From an uncultured Acidimicrobiales bacterium (GTDB taxonomy: Bacteria > Actinomycetota > Acidimicrobiia > Acidimicrobiales > Ilumatobacteraceae): DNA of 24,000 nt. The notes under the pieces are model-generated. The model saw nothing but the letters and a program-made list of their open reading frames with translations. It searched no databases and was not told where the DNA came from. The stretch lies in assembly GCA_963813375.1 (NCBI GenBank), contig CAWEYT010000010.1, positions 421,108 to 445,107 of the forward strand, written 5' to 3'. The position numbers and the translations under genes are program-made. Position 1 is the first letter of the stretch, and every line of letters starts with the position of its first letter. Shown here in pieces: positions 16,773-24,000 of the stretch.

Positions 16773-16814
16773 CCTAACGGGCGCCCGATACCCGTCCGGA
16801 GAGGGCCGGCGACT

Positions 16815-17552
16815 TCAGAACAGGCGGCTCGTGAGCTGGCGGCGGTACTGCGCGGTGCGCGGGTCGTCCGGACCCATGACCTCGAGGATGTCGACGAACT
16901 CCTGGCGGGCGGTCTCGTCGTCGCGCACCAGCGGGAGCAGACCATCGAGTTTCTCTTCGAAGTCGTCCGAGGGCGCGGCATCCGCGCCGTTGGTGTCGAT
17001 GCCGCTCTGTCCCAGGCGGGCCCGGGCGGCGAGCAGCCGCACCGGCTCCGTCTCCGGCACCCGCGCCAGCAGCGCCAGCGCTTCGTCCGTCCGCCCGTCG
17101 TCGATCAGCAGTTCGGCCAGCGCGAGTACGGCGTCGGGATGCCCGGGTTCGAGCTCCAAGGCCTGGCGCAGGCTGGCCTCGTCCCCGCTGGCCAAGAGCC
17201 GCGCCATCTGCTGCTCGTCCTCGGTCGGCACCAACGAGGCGACGAAGCGCTCGACGACGTCCTCGGGATAGGCCCCGATGAACCCGTCGACCCGCTGGCC
17301 GCCGACCACCGCGTGCACGGCCGGGATCGACTGGGCCTGGAACGCCGTGGCGATCTGGGGGTTCTCGTCGACGTTGACCTTCGCCAGGACGACCTGGCCT
17401 TCGGTGGCGTCGACGGCCTTCTCGAGGATCGGCCCCAGCGTGCGACACGGTCCGCACCACGGCGCCCAGAGATCGACGACGACCGGGACCTGCGTGCTCC
17501 GCTCGATGACGTCGGTCTGGAACGTGGCGTCGGTGACATCGATCGCGGCCAT
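16815..17552 (-). CDS. Thioredoxin-domain protein with a TPR-like C-terminal half (YbbN/CnoX-type co-chaperone)
   Basis: 245 aa. N-terminal thioredoxin fold with VVVDLWAPWCGPCRTLGPILEK. The helical C-terminal part is ..ALELEPGHPDAVLALAELLIDDGRTDEALALLARVP... Confidence 0.85.
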   Translation of the reverse strand: MAAIDVTDATFQTDVIERSTQVPVVVDLWAPWCGPCRTLGPILEKAVDATEGQVVLAKVNVDENPQIATAFQAQSIPAVHAVVGGQRVDGFIGAYPEDVVERFVASLVPTEDEQQMARLLASGDEASLRQALELEPGHPDAVLALAELLIDDGRTDEALALLARVPETEPVRLLAARARLGQSGIDTNGADAAPSDDFEEKLDGLLPLVRDDETARQEFVDILEVMGPDDPRTAQYRRQLTSRLF

Positions 17553-17562
17553 GTGGTCACGC

Positions 17563-17577
17563 TAGCGGTGGCCGCTA
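17563..17577. promoter_or_regulatory. 15-bp palindrome TAGCGG-TGG-CCGCTA in the 36-bp divergent spacer
   Basis: Exact 6-bp arms at 17563-17568 and 17572-17577. It lies between the thioredoxin-TPR start (17552, minus strand) and the phosphotransferase start (17589, plus strand). Confidence 0.25.
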
Positions 17578-17588
17578 CCGTGCACGCC

Positions 17589-18716
17589 ATGACCAGCGAG
17601 CCGACGGCGCCGCCCGGACCGTCGACGGCCTCCGGCCGATCGGCGGGGGTGCTGGGCCAGCCGACGGCCATGCCGGACCCCGCCACCGAGCCGGTCGGCA
17701 TCGATGTGCCTGCGGTGTCGTCCTGGCTGGAGGCCAGCGTCGCCGGTGCGGTCGCGCCGTTCTCGTTCGAGCTCATCGCCGGTGGGCACTCGAACCTCAC
17801 CTACCGCGTGGTGGGCGCCGACGGCCACGCCCTCGTGCTCCGGCGCCCGCCGCTCGGCCATCTCCTCGCCTCCGCGCACGACATGGGCCGCGAGCACCGG
17901 ATCATCGCCGCGCTCGCCGACACCCCCGTGCCCGTCGCCCCCGCTCGCGGCTTCTGTGCCGCTGTCGACGTGTGTGGCGCTCCGTTCTACGTGATGGACT
18001 TCGTGGACGGTCACGTCATCCGGGACCGCGCGGCCGCCGAGGCGGTGCTGGACGCCGAGGCGCGCTCGACGGCCGGTCGAGACCTCGTCGACACCCTGGC
18101 CGCCATCCACGCCGTCGACATCGAGGCGGTCGGCCTCTCCGACCTCGGTCGCCACGAGGGCTACATCGCCCGCCAGCTCAAGCGGTGGTACGGGCAGTGG
18201 CAGCAGTCGCAGACCCGGCCGCTGCCGGCGGTCGACGAGGTGCACGACCTCCTCAGCTCGCGGATCCCCGAGCAGGGCCCGGCCTGCATCGTGCACGGCG
18301 ACTACCGGCTCGACAACACCATGGTCGACGACCGCGGCCACATCATCGCCGTGCTCGACTGGGAGATCTGCACCCTCGGCGACCCCATGGCCGACGTCGG
18401 CATGCTGATGGTGTACTGGACGGGACCGGGGGACGAGGCTTCGGCCTGGACGGGTTCCGCCTCCACGGCGCCGGGCTTCCCCGATCGGGCGGAGCTCCTC
18501 GCCCGCTACGCCGCGGTGTCCGGGCGCGACGTGGGCGGCGTCGACTTCTACGTCGCCTTCGCGTTCTGGAAGCTGGCCTGCATCCTCGAGGGCGTCTACG
18601 CGCGCTACCTGGCCGGCGCTCTGGGCGGTGGGCGCGACCCGTCCGAACACGACGCCTTCCGGCAGCAGGTCGAGCAGGCCGCGGACCAGGCCGCCCTCCA
18701 CGCGGCACGGCTGTGA
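17589..18716 (+). CDS. Phosphotransferase family protein (APH/choline-kinase-like fold, of the type associated with acyl-CoA dehydrogenases)
   Basis: ATG 17589. ..GGHSNLTYRV.. nucleotide-binding region, catalytic loop IVHGDYRLDNTMV and VLDWEICTLGDP. The ORF-track call from 16389 is antisense to three real genes and is rejected. Confidence 0.8.
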   Translation: MTSEPTAPPGPSTASGRSAGVLGQPTAMPDPATEPVGIDVPAVSSWLEASVAGAVAPFSFELIAGGHSNLTYRVVGADGHALVLRRPPLGHLLASAHDMGREHRIIAALADTPVPVAPARGFCAAVDVCGAPFYVMDFVDGHVIRDRAAAEAVLDAEARSTAGRDLVDTLAAIHAVDIEAVGLSDLGRHEGYIARQLKRWYGQWQQSQTRPLPAVDEVHDLLSSRIPEQGPACIVHGDYRLDNTMVDDRGHIIAVLDWEICTLGDPMADVGMLMVYWTGPGDEASAWTGSASTAPGFPDRAELLARYAAVSGRDVGGVDFYVAFAFWKLACILEGVYARYLAGALGGGRDPSEHDAFRQQVEQAADQAALHAARL

Positions 18717-19603
18717 CCGAGCCGTACGAGCTCCACGAGGAGCCCGACCTCGACTCGCCGGTGGTCGTCGCCATGCTCACCGGATGGATCGACGCCGGCG
18801 GCGCGGGGCAGATGGCCATGACCGTGCTCGAGGAGGAGTGGTCGGCGCGGCCGATCGCCACGTTCGACGCCGACACCTTCATCGACTACCGCGCGCGCCG
18901 CCCGATCATGGAGCTCCGCGACGGGGTCAACACCAACCTCGCCTGGCCCTCGATCCAGCTCAAGGCGGCGCGGGACGGCGGAGCCCGGGATGTCCTCCTG
19001 CTGACCGGCCACGAGCCCGACGCCGCCTGGCTCCGGTTCGTGGACGCCGCCACCGGGCTGTGCGCCGGCCTCGGGGCGCGGATGATGGTCGGCCTCGGCG
19101 CCTACCCCTTCGCCGCACCCCACACCCGGCGCAGCCGGCTGTCGGTCAGCTGCGGGTCGGAGGAGGTGGCGGCGACCGTGCCGTACCTGAAGAACTCGGT
19201 CGACGTGCCCGCGGGCGTGCAGGCCGCCTTGGAGCACGGCTTCACCGCACGCGGCATCCCGGCCCTGGGGCTGTGGGCCCAGGTGCCGCACTACGTCTCG
19301 GCCTCCGCCTACCCCCAGGCCAGCATGGCCCTCCTCGATGGGTTGCACGAGGTGGCCGGGCTGCAGGTCGAGGCCGGGTTGCTGCGGGACGAAGCGGACC
19401 GGCACGGTCACCGCCTCGACGAGCTGATCGCGTCGAACAGCGAGCACCTCGCCGTGCTGCACCAGCTCGAGCAGGCCTACGACGAGGAGGCCGCGGCCGG
19501 AGGAATGTCCGCGACGTCGCTGCCGTTCACGGACAGCGACATCCCGAGTGGCGACGAGCTGGCGGCGGAGCTCGAGCGCTTCCTCCGCGACCAGGGCCGC
19601 TGA
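18713..19603 (+). CDS. PAC2 (proteasome assembly chaperone 2-like) family protein
   Basis: The GTG overlaps the upstream stop (GTGA). ..PVVVAMLTGWIDAGGAGQMAM.. and the overall ~296-aa architecture match actinobacterial PAC2-family proteins as I recall them. Confidence 0.7.
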   Translation: MTEPYELHEEPDLDSPVVVAMLTGWIDAGGAGQMAMTVLEEEWSARPIATFDADTFIDYRARRPIMELRDGVNTNLAWPSIQLKAARDGGARDVLLLTGHEPDAAWLRFVDAATGLCAGLGARMMVGLGAYPFAAPHTRRSRLSVSCGSEEVAATVPYLKNSVDVPAGVQAALEHGFTARGIPALGLWAQVPHYVSASAYPQASMALLDGLHEVAGLQVEAGLLRDEADRHGHRLDELIASNSEHLAVLHQLEQAYDEEAAAGGMSATSLPFTDSDIPSGDELAAELERFLRDQGR

Positions 19604-19619
19604 CGGGCCCTGGCAGGAG

Positions 19620-20360
19620 TCAGTACGGCCAGGTCTCGCCGTCGTGCCCGAGTCGGCGGGCGACCGAACCGAGGCGGGCCACGAGCAGCACCTTGATGAC
19701 GACGTTGCGGGCGAACCATCCCAGCTCGAGGAGCTGCCGCCCCACGTTGAGCGGCCATTCGCTCCCGAGGAGATCCTCACGCCGGTAGCGGGTCAAGGAC
19801 CCGACCCGGCCGAGGTAGCGGAACCGCCGACCCGGGATCAGCGTCGTCAGCAGAGCCAGCGTGACCCCGATGGAGCTGAACGAGTCGTGGATGAGCAACG
19901 TGCCGCCGGGGGCGACCCGCGCCCCCCACCGCACGAGGTCGTCACGGGCCGGCAGGACGCGATGGGCGCCGTCGATGTAGAGGAGGTCGACCGTCCCCTC
20001 GACGTCGTCGAGCGCGTCGTGGGAGAAGGCGCGGACATGGCGCACCCGGTCGGCCACGCCGGCGGCCTGCAGGTTGGCCTTGAACGCCTCGTGGTCCCCT
20101 TGGCCCTCGTCGGTGGTGCCGTGGATCTGCTGTGGGCCGCGGTCGTTGCCGGCGTGGGGGTCGATGGCGGTGACGCTGACACCCGGCGCGGCGGCCGACG
20201 CCATGACCACCGCCGACTTCCCCCGATAGCTGCCGATCTCGACGATGGCGCCGCCCGGCGCCACTGCGGCGGCCGAGTCCCACAGGCGCTCGCCCTGGGC
20301 CGGCGTCATCCAGCCCTCGAGCTCTGCGGCGGCGGCGAGAGTGGCGGAGCGGTCCTGCAC
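19620..20360 (-). CDS. Class I SAM-dependent methyltransferase (Methyltransf_24-like)
   Basis: LEGWMTPAQGERLW.., motif I IVEIGSYRGKS, LLYIDGAH, GGTLLIHD. GTG start at 20360. ATG 20309 would delete the conserved GW motif. Confidence 0.8.
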   Translation of the reverse strand: MQDRSATLAAAAELEGWMTPAQGERLWDSAAAVAPGGAIVEIGSYRGKSAVVMASAAAPGVSVTAIDPHAGNDRGPQQIHGTTDEGQGDHEAFKANLQAAGVADRVRHVRAFSHDALDDVEGTVDLLYIDGAHRVLPARDDLVRWGARVAPGGTLLIHDSFSSIGVTLALLTTLIPGRRFRYLGRVGSLTRYRREDLLGSEWPLNVGRQLLELGWFARNVVIKVLLVARLGSVARRLGHDGETWPY

Positions 20361-20375
20361 GAGGGTCAGACGCTA

Positions 20376-20399
20376 CCGGTCCGGGTCCATCCGGACCGG
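20376..20399 (-). terminator. Strong hairpin CCGGTCCGG-gtccat-CCGGACCGG between the Asp-box gene stop and the methyltransferase start
   Basis: A perfect 9-bp stem with a 6-nt loop. It lies 59 nt past the stop at 20458 and 16 nt before the GTG at 20360. No U-tract, which is usual for this GC content. Confidence 0.4.
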
Positions 20400-20457
20400 C
20401 CACCCTGGCCCCCCGGAAAGCGTCGTCGGCCGGGCCGTCCGGCGTCACGCCGTGTGG

Positions 20458-22677
20458 CTACGCCGGGCGGCCCACCCACCAGCCGAAGCCGTGGCTGAGG
20501 ACGTGGATCGTGCCGTTCGGCTCGATGGCCAGACCGACCGGGTCCACCAGCCCGGGACGCACGGCGTCCGTGGTGCGATCGAGGAACGTGCGGCCGCCGT
20601 CGCTCGAGACCAGCACGCGTCCGTGGGTGCCCTGCGTGCCGAGCGTCGTCGCCGCGATCTGCCCCGTCACCACGACGACACCGCCGGTCGGATCGGTCGC
20701 CACCAGCCGGACCGCCGGCACAGCGGTCCGCGTCGTGATCGCCAGAGCCGATGTCCCACCGACCGTCCCGACGCGGGCGTCATCAACCCGCCACACCTCT
20801 CCGCCACCGGCCAGCCAGAGCCGATGCTCGGCAGACGGGTCAGCGGCGATGTCCATGGCGGTCGACGTGATGCGCACCCAGGTGGCGCCGGCATCGAGCG
20901 AGCGCCAGACGCCGGTGGAGCTCGCGTTCCCCGTGTCGGAGGCGTACAGCGCGCCACCCGGAGTCCAGGCCAGGCGGGCGACGCGCGTCACAGAGGTTCC
21001 GTCGGACCCACCGGGAACCGACGCCGCTCGGGTCCACGGCCCGGTACCGACCCGTCGCCAGATGCCGGCGCCTCGCCCGATGGCCACCACCACCCGTTGG
21101 CCTCCGACGTCTCGGGCGGCGACGGCCAAGACCCCACGGGCCTTCGCGGCTTTGGCCAAACCGAGCGACGTGAACCTGGAAGGCGAGAGTTCGTGAAGGT
21201 AGAGCTCGGAACGCTCCGTTCCGAAGCCCCCGCCGACGTACAGCGGCGCGCTCCCGGCACCGGCCCACCCGGTCAGCCGCGCCGCGGTCCCCATCTCCAT
21301 GGGCGCGTCCAGTGCCGACGACACGGTCCGGCCGCTGTCCTCGGTGCGGAAGAGGTTCCAGTCGGCGGTCGGCACGAACACCGAGCCGGGGTCGGCTGGA
21401 TCGGTCGCCGGCTGGCCGTGGAACGTCGTGGTCAGCCCTTCCACGGCCGGGTACCACGTGGCGCCGCTGTCCAAGCTGCTCCAGATGCCGGCGCGGCCGG
21501 CCAGCACGAACCGCGTGGGGGTGAGAGGGTCGATCTGCACGTCACCGACGACGTGGTTCGTGCCGCCCAGGAGCGTTGCCGGCGCCTCCGCCTGACGCCA
21601 GACGTCCCCGGTCGGACCGCCCACCGTCGGGCGAGCCCCATTGGCGCCGGCGGGCACCGACGTCCATGTCGCCCCGCGGTCGACAGAGCGCCAGAGCGTC
21701 GCACACCAACTTCCGACGCAGGCCGCGTCGCTGTCGAGACCCAGGAGGACGGTCTCCACCCCGTTGATGACGGTCGCGCTGACCGTCGTGGCGTCCGTCT
21801 TTCCGTTCACCCAGGGCAGGCTGCTCTGTCCGAGGCGCGTCAGTGCCGGAGTCGGCGCCGCCAGATCGGCGGACCACACCCCCGCGGTGCCGGCCGCGAC
21901 GTAGAGACGGCGATCCACGATGGCCAACTCCTCCGCCATCGGAGGGCCGGCAAGCCGCTGCCAGGTCGGCGTGGCGTCGTTGGCGTTGAGGGTGCGGTAG
22001 ACGCCTCCGCCGGCCGTTGACCTCACCGCCGCATAGAGCACGTCGGGGTCCAGCGGATCAAGAACCAGGCCACGAACGGGCTGCCCCGCGAGCCCGCCTG
22101 ACGACCACGTCACCCCGCCGTCGGCCGAGCGGCGAACGCCGCCCTGGACGGTGCCGAGCCAGAGGCGATCCCTGACCGTCGGATCGGGTACGAGCAGCCG
22201 CCCGATCGAACGGGGGTGGGGCCCGGTGACACCGGACCCCGAGAACACTCCGCCGGTGCAGAACGCCGACGTGCTCACCGTCGCCCAGGTCAGGCCGGCG
22301 TCTGTCGTCCGGAGGATGGCGCCCGCCGAGCCGTTGCTCCGAACAGTGCCGGCGCAAGCCCAGGCCGCCGACGGGTCGAACGGGTCCCACGCGATGGCAC
22401 CGACCTTGCGGTGATCGACGTTCTCGAAGCCTCTCGTGGCGCCGGCCCAGGTGCGTCCGCCGTCGGTGCTGCGGAACACGCCGGCCACGTCCGACGCCGC
22501 GAGCCACAGCCCGGCGGTCACCGGTGACGGCGCCAGCGCCGTGACGAACCCGCCACCGTCGACGCGCGCCGGCTCCCACGCGTACGACGAGGCGACGGCC
22601 GCCGCCGGTCCGGCCGGCACCGCGGCCACGCCGGACGTCGAGATGGCCACCACCAACACCGCCGTCCTCAACCGCAT
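20458..22677 (-). CDS. Secreted Asp-box (BNR) repeat beta-propeller protein (GH74 / sortilin-VPS10 / sialidase-like fold)
   Basis: ATG 22677 is preceded by GAGGGAGGGAG. Signal peptide MRLRTAVLVVAISTSGVAAVPAGPAAAVA. Eight Asp-boxes: STDGGRTW, TTDAGLTW, SADGGVTW, SVDRGATW, SLDSGATW, TEDSGRTV, SLDAGATW, SSDGGRTF. The frame is intact. Confidence 0.8.
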   Translation of the reverse strand: MRLRTAVLVVAISTSGVAAVPAGPAAAVASSYAWEPARVDGGGFVTALAPSPVTAGLWLAASDVAGVFRSTDGGRTWAGATRGFENVDHRKVGAIAWDPFDPSAAWACAGTVRSNGSAGAILRTTDAGLTWATVSTSAFCTGGVFSGSGVTGPHPRSIGRLLVPDPTVRDRLWLGTVQGGVRRSADGGVTWSSGGLAGQPVRGLVLDPLDPDVLYAAVRSTAGGGVYRTLNANDATPTWQRLAGPPMAEELAIVDRRLYVAAGTAGVWSADLAAPTPALTRLGQSSLPWVNGKTDATTVSATVINGVETVLLGLDSDAACVGSWCATLWRSVDRGATWTSVPAGANGARPTVGGPTGDVWRQAEAPATLLGGTNHVVGDVQIDPLTPTRFVLAGRAGIWSSLDSGATWYPAVEGLTTTFHGQPATDPADPGSVFVPTADWNLFRTEDSGRTVSSALDAPMEMGTAARLTGWAGAGSAPLYVGGGFGTERSELYLHELSPSRFTSLGLAKAAKARGVLAVAARDVGGQRVVVAIGRGAGIWRRVGTGPWTRAASVPGGSDGTSVTRVARLAWTPGGALYASDTGNASSTGVWRSLDAGATWVRITSTAMDIAADPSAEHRLWLAGGGEVWRVDDARVGTVGGTSALAITTRTAVPAVRLVATDPTGGVVVVTGQIAATTLGTQGTHGRVLVSSDGGRTFLDRTTDAVRPGLVDPVGLAIEPNGTIHVLSHGFGWWVGRPA

Positions 22678-22813
22678 CGCACTCCCTCCCTCGGGCCGAC
22701 GTCTACACCCTGGGTGGTCCTGGTGCGAGCCTGTTCGTGCGCGGTGTGGGGCCGTGTTGGGGCCGTCCCGGCGACGCGGGCGCTGCGCACCGGAGGCACT
22801 ACGGTCCACGGCC

Positions 22814-23834
22814 GTGAAGGTGGACGGAGGCGTCGCGTCGGATCTGGGCAAGGCGGGGCGCAGCGCCCGTGACGCGGAGGCCGCCGGCTACTCCGGGCTG
22901 TGGACCGCGGAGACGAACCACGACCCGTTCCTGCCCCTCCTCCTGGCCGCCGAGCACACCGACCGCGTCGAGCTCGGCACCTCCATCGCCGTGGCGTTCG
23001 CCCGCAACCCGATGCTGCTCGCCAACACGGCGTGGGACCTGCAGGCCTACTCCGGCGGGCGCTTCATCCTCGGGCTCGGCAGTCAGATCAAGCCGCACAT
23101 CACCAAGCGCTTCTCGATGCCCTGGAGCCACCCGGCGCCCCGCATGCGGGAGATGGTCCTCGCCATCAGGGCGATCTGGGACTGCTGGCTGAACGGCACG
23201 AAGCTCGAGTTCCGGGGCGACTTCTACACCCACACCCTGATGACGCCGTTCTTCACGCCGGACCGGAACGACCTGGCCGAGCGGGCGTGCCCAAGATCTT
23301 CCTGGCCGGCGTCGGCGAGCTGATGACGGAAGTAGCCGGCGAGGTCTGCGACGGCTTCATCTGCCATGGCTTCACCACCGAGCGCTACCTGCGGGAGGTG
23401 ACGCTGCCCGCGCTGGCGAGGGGGCGGGCCAAGGCGGACAAGACCATGGAGGGCTTCGAGATCGTCGGGCCCAGCTTCGTGGTCACCGGCGGCGACGAGG
23501 CCGAACTGGCCGCGGCCACGACCGGCACCCGCCAGCAGATCGCCTTCTACGGCTCGACGCCCGGCCTACCGGGCGGTGCTCGATCTGCACGGCTGGGGCG
23601 GCCTCCAGGACGAGCTCAACGGCCTGTCCAAGCAGGGCCGCTGGGCGGAGATGGGCGACCTCATCGACGACGAGATCCTCAGCACCTTCGCCGTCGTGGC
23701 CGAACCGGAGGCGGTGGCGCCGGAGCTCCACCGCCGCTACGGCGACGTGATCCAGCGGATCTCGTTCTACGCGCCCTACCGCACCGACCCCGAACGCTGG
23801 GCACGGATCATCGACGCGCTCGAAAGCAGCCTGA
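22814..23834 (+). pseudogene. LLM-class F420-dependent oxidoreductase (TIGR03617-like), with two clear frame breaks and a probable third
   Basis: GTG 22814 gives MKVDGGVASDL..AGYSGLWTAETNHDPFLPL..GGRFILGLGSQIKPHITKRFSMPWSHP..MTPFFTP. After ~23258-23261 the family sequence continues in the frame of ORF 22900..23919 (GPERPGRAGVPKIFLAGVGELMTEVAGEV..QQIAFYGSTP). At ~23563 it returns to the original frame (AYRAVLDLHGWGGLQDELNGLSKQGRW..RISFYAPYRTDPERWARIIDAL). That frame has no stop before the window ends. A TGA in the third frame (23832-23834) sits just before a hairpin. Confidence 0.7.
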
Positions 23835-23845
23835 ACCGCCCGTCC

Positions 23846-23868
23846 GGGGGCGGCGGCAGCCCGCCCCC
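23846..23868 (+). terminator. GC hairpin GGGGGCGG-cggcagc-CCGCCCCC downstream of the LLM oxidoreductase
   Basis: A perfect 8-bp stem with a 7-nt loop, 11 nt after the out-of-frame TGA at 23832-23834. No U-tract. Confidence 0.4.
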
Positions 23869-24000
23869 ACCACCCGCCTGTGTCACGCGAAGTGGCCGCC
23901 GAGCGCGCTCGAGCTGTGACACAAGCGTCGGGCTTTCCGAGTTCGGTGGGCTGAGGCACACCCTCCTCGAGTGTGTCGCCGATCGACGTTCTCCAACAGC

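Noticed and set aside
16778-16787. 10-bp perfect palindrome CGGGCGCCCG just upstream of the HExxH gene start, and several 4-5-bp GC inverted repeats in 20400-20457
   Set aside because: Short all-GC palindromes are expected by chance in DNA of this composition, and there is no supporting context.
16389-18716. A 775-aa plus-strand ORF, and the 543-aa ORF 17972..19603
   Set aside because: Only the last 375 aa (phosphotransferase, from 17589) and the last 296 aa (PAC2, from 18713) are protein-like. The upstream parts are antisense to the HExxH and thioredoxin-TPR genes, or out-of-frame overlap of the phosphotransferase.
22744-22764. Imperfect direct repeat GTGTGGGGCC / GTGTTGGGGCC in the divergent spacer between the Asp-box paralog and the LLM gene
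   Set aside because: There are only two imperfect copies and no symmetry or known motif. It is noted but too weak to call regulatory.

Overview
Very GC-rich, actinobacterial-type chromosomal segment (third codon positions are almost all G/C). It is made up almost entirely of conserved housekeeping genes. The left and middle parts are on the minus strand. Transcription order right to left is: large secreted Asp-box protein, lepA, MFS transporter, photolyase, hrcA, dnaJ, rsmE, bldD-like regulator, hemW (runs off the left edge). To the right come rpsT (+), then the minus-strand string comEA, comEC, FolP2-like protein, holA, with a plus-strand membrane ORF wedged between comEA and comEC. Next are a small HExxH protein and a thioredoxin-TPR protein (-), a phosphotransferase and a PAC2 protein (+), a SAM methyltransferase and a second Asp-box beta-propeller protein (-), and an LLM/F420-type oxidoreductase (+). 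I saw no rRNA, tRNA, CRISPR array, transposase, integrase, or any recognisable defence or secondary-metabolite system, so I do not claim a novel multi-gene system here. The most striking property is about ten single-base frame breaks confined to five genes (hemW, dnaJ, photolyase, the first Asp-box gene, the LLM oxidoreductase). The ORF track is misleading in those genes, for example the 1211-aa 'LepA' ORF. Smaller items worth a look: a BldD orthologue with an intact c-di-GMP signature and a candidate autoregulatory box; a 9-N9-9 inverted repeat with CIRCE geometry but non-CIRCE sequence just upstream of hrcA; a 10-bp tandem repeat covering the rpsT stop; an opposite-strand membrane gene splitting comEA from comEC; and a FolP2-type paralog inside the comEC-holA string.
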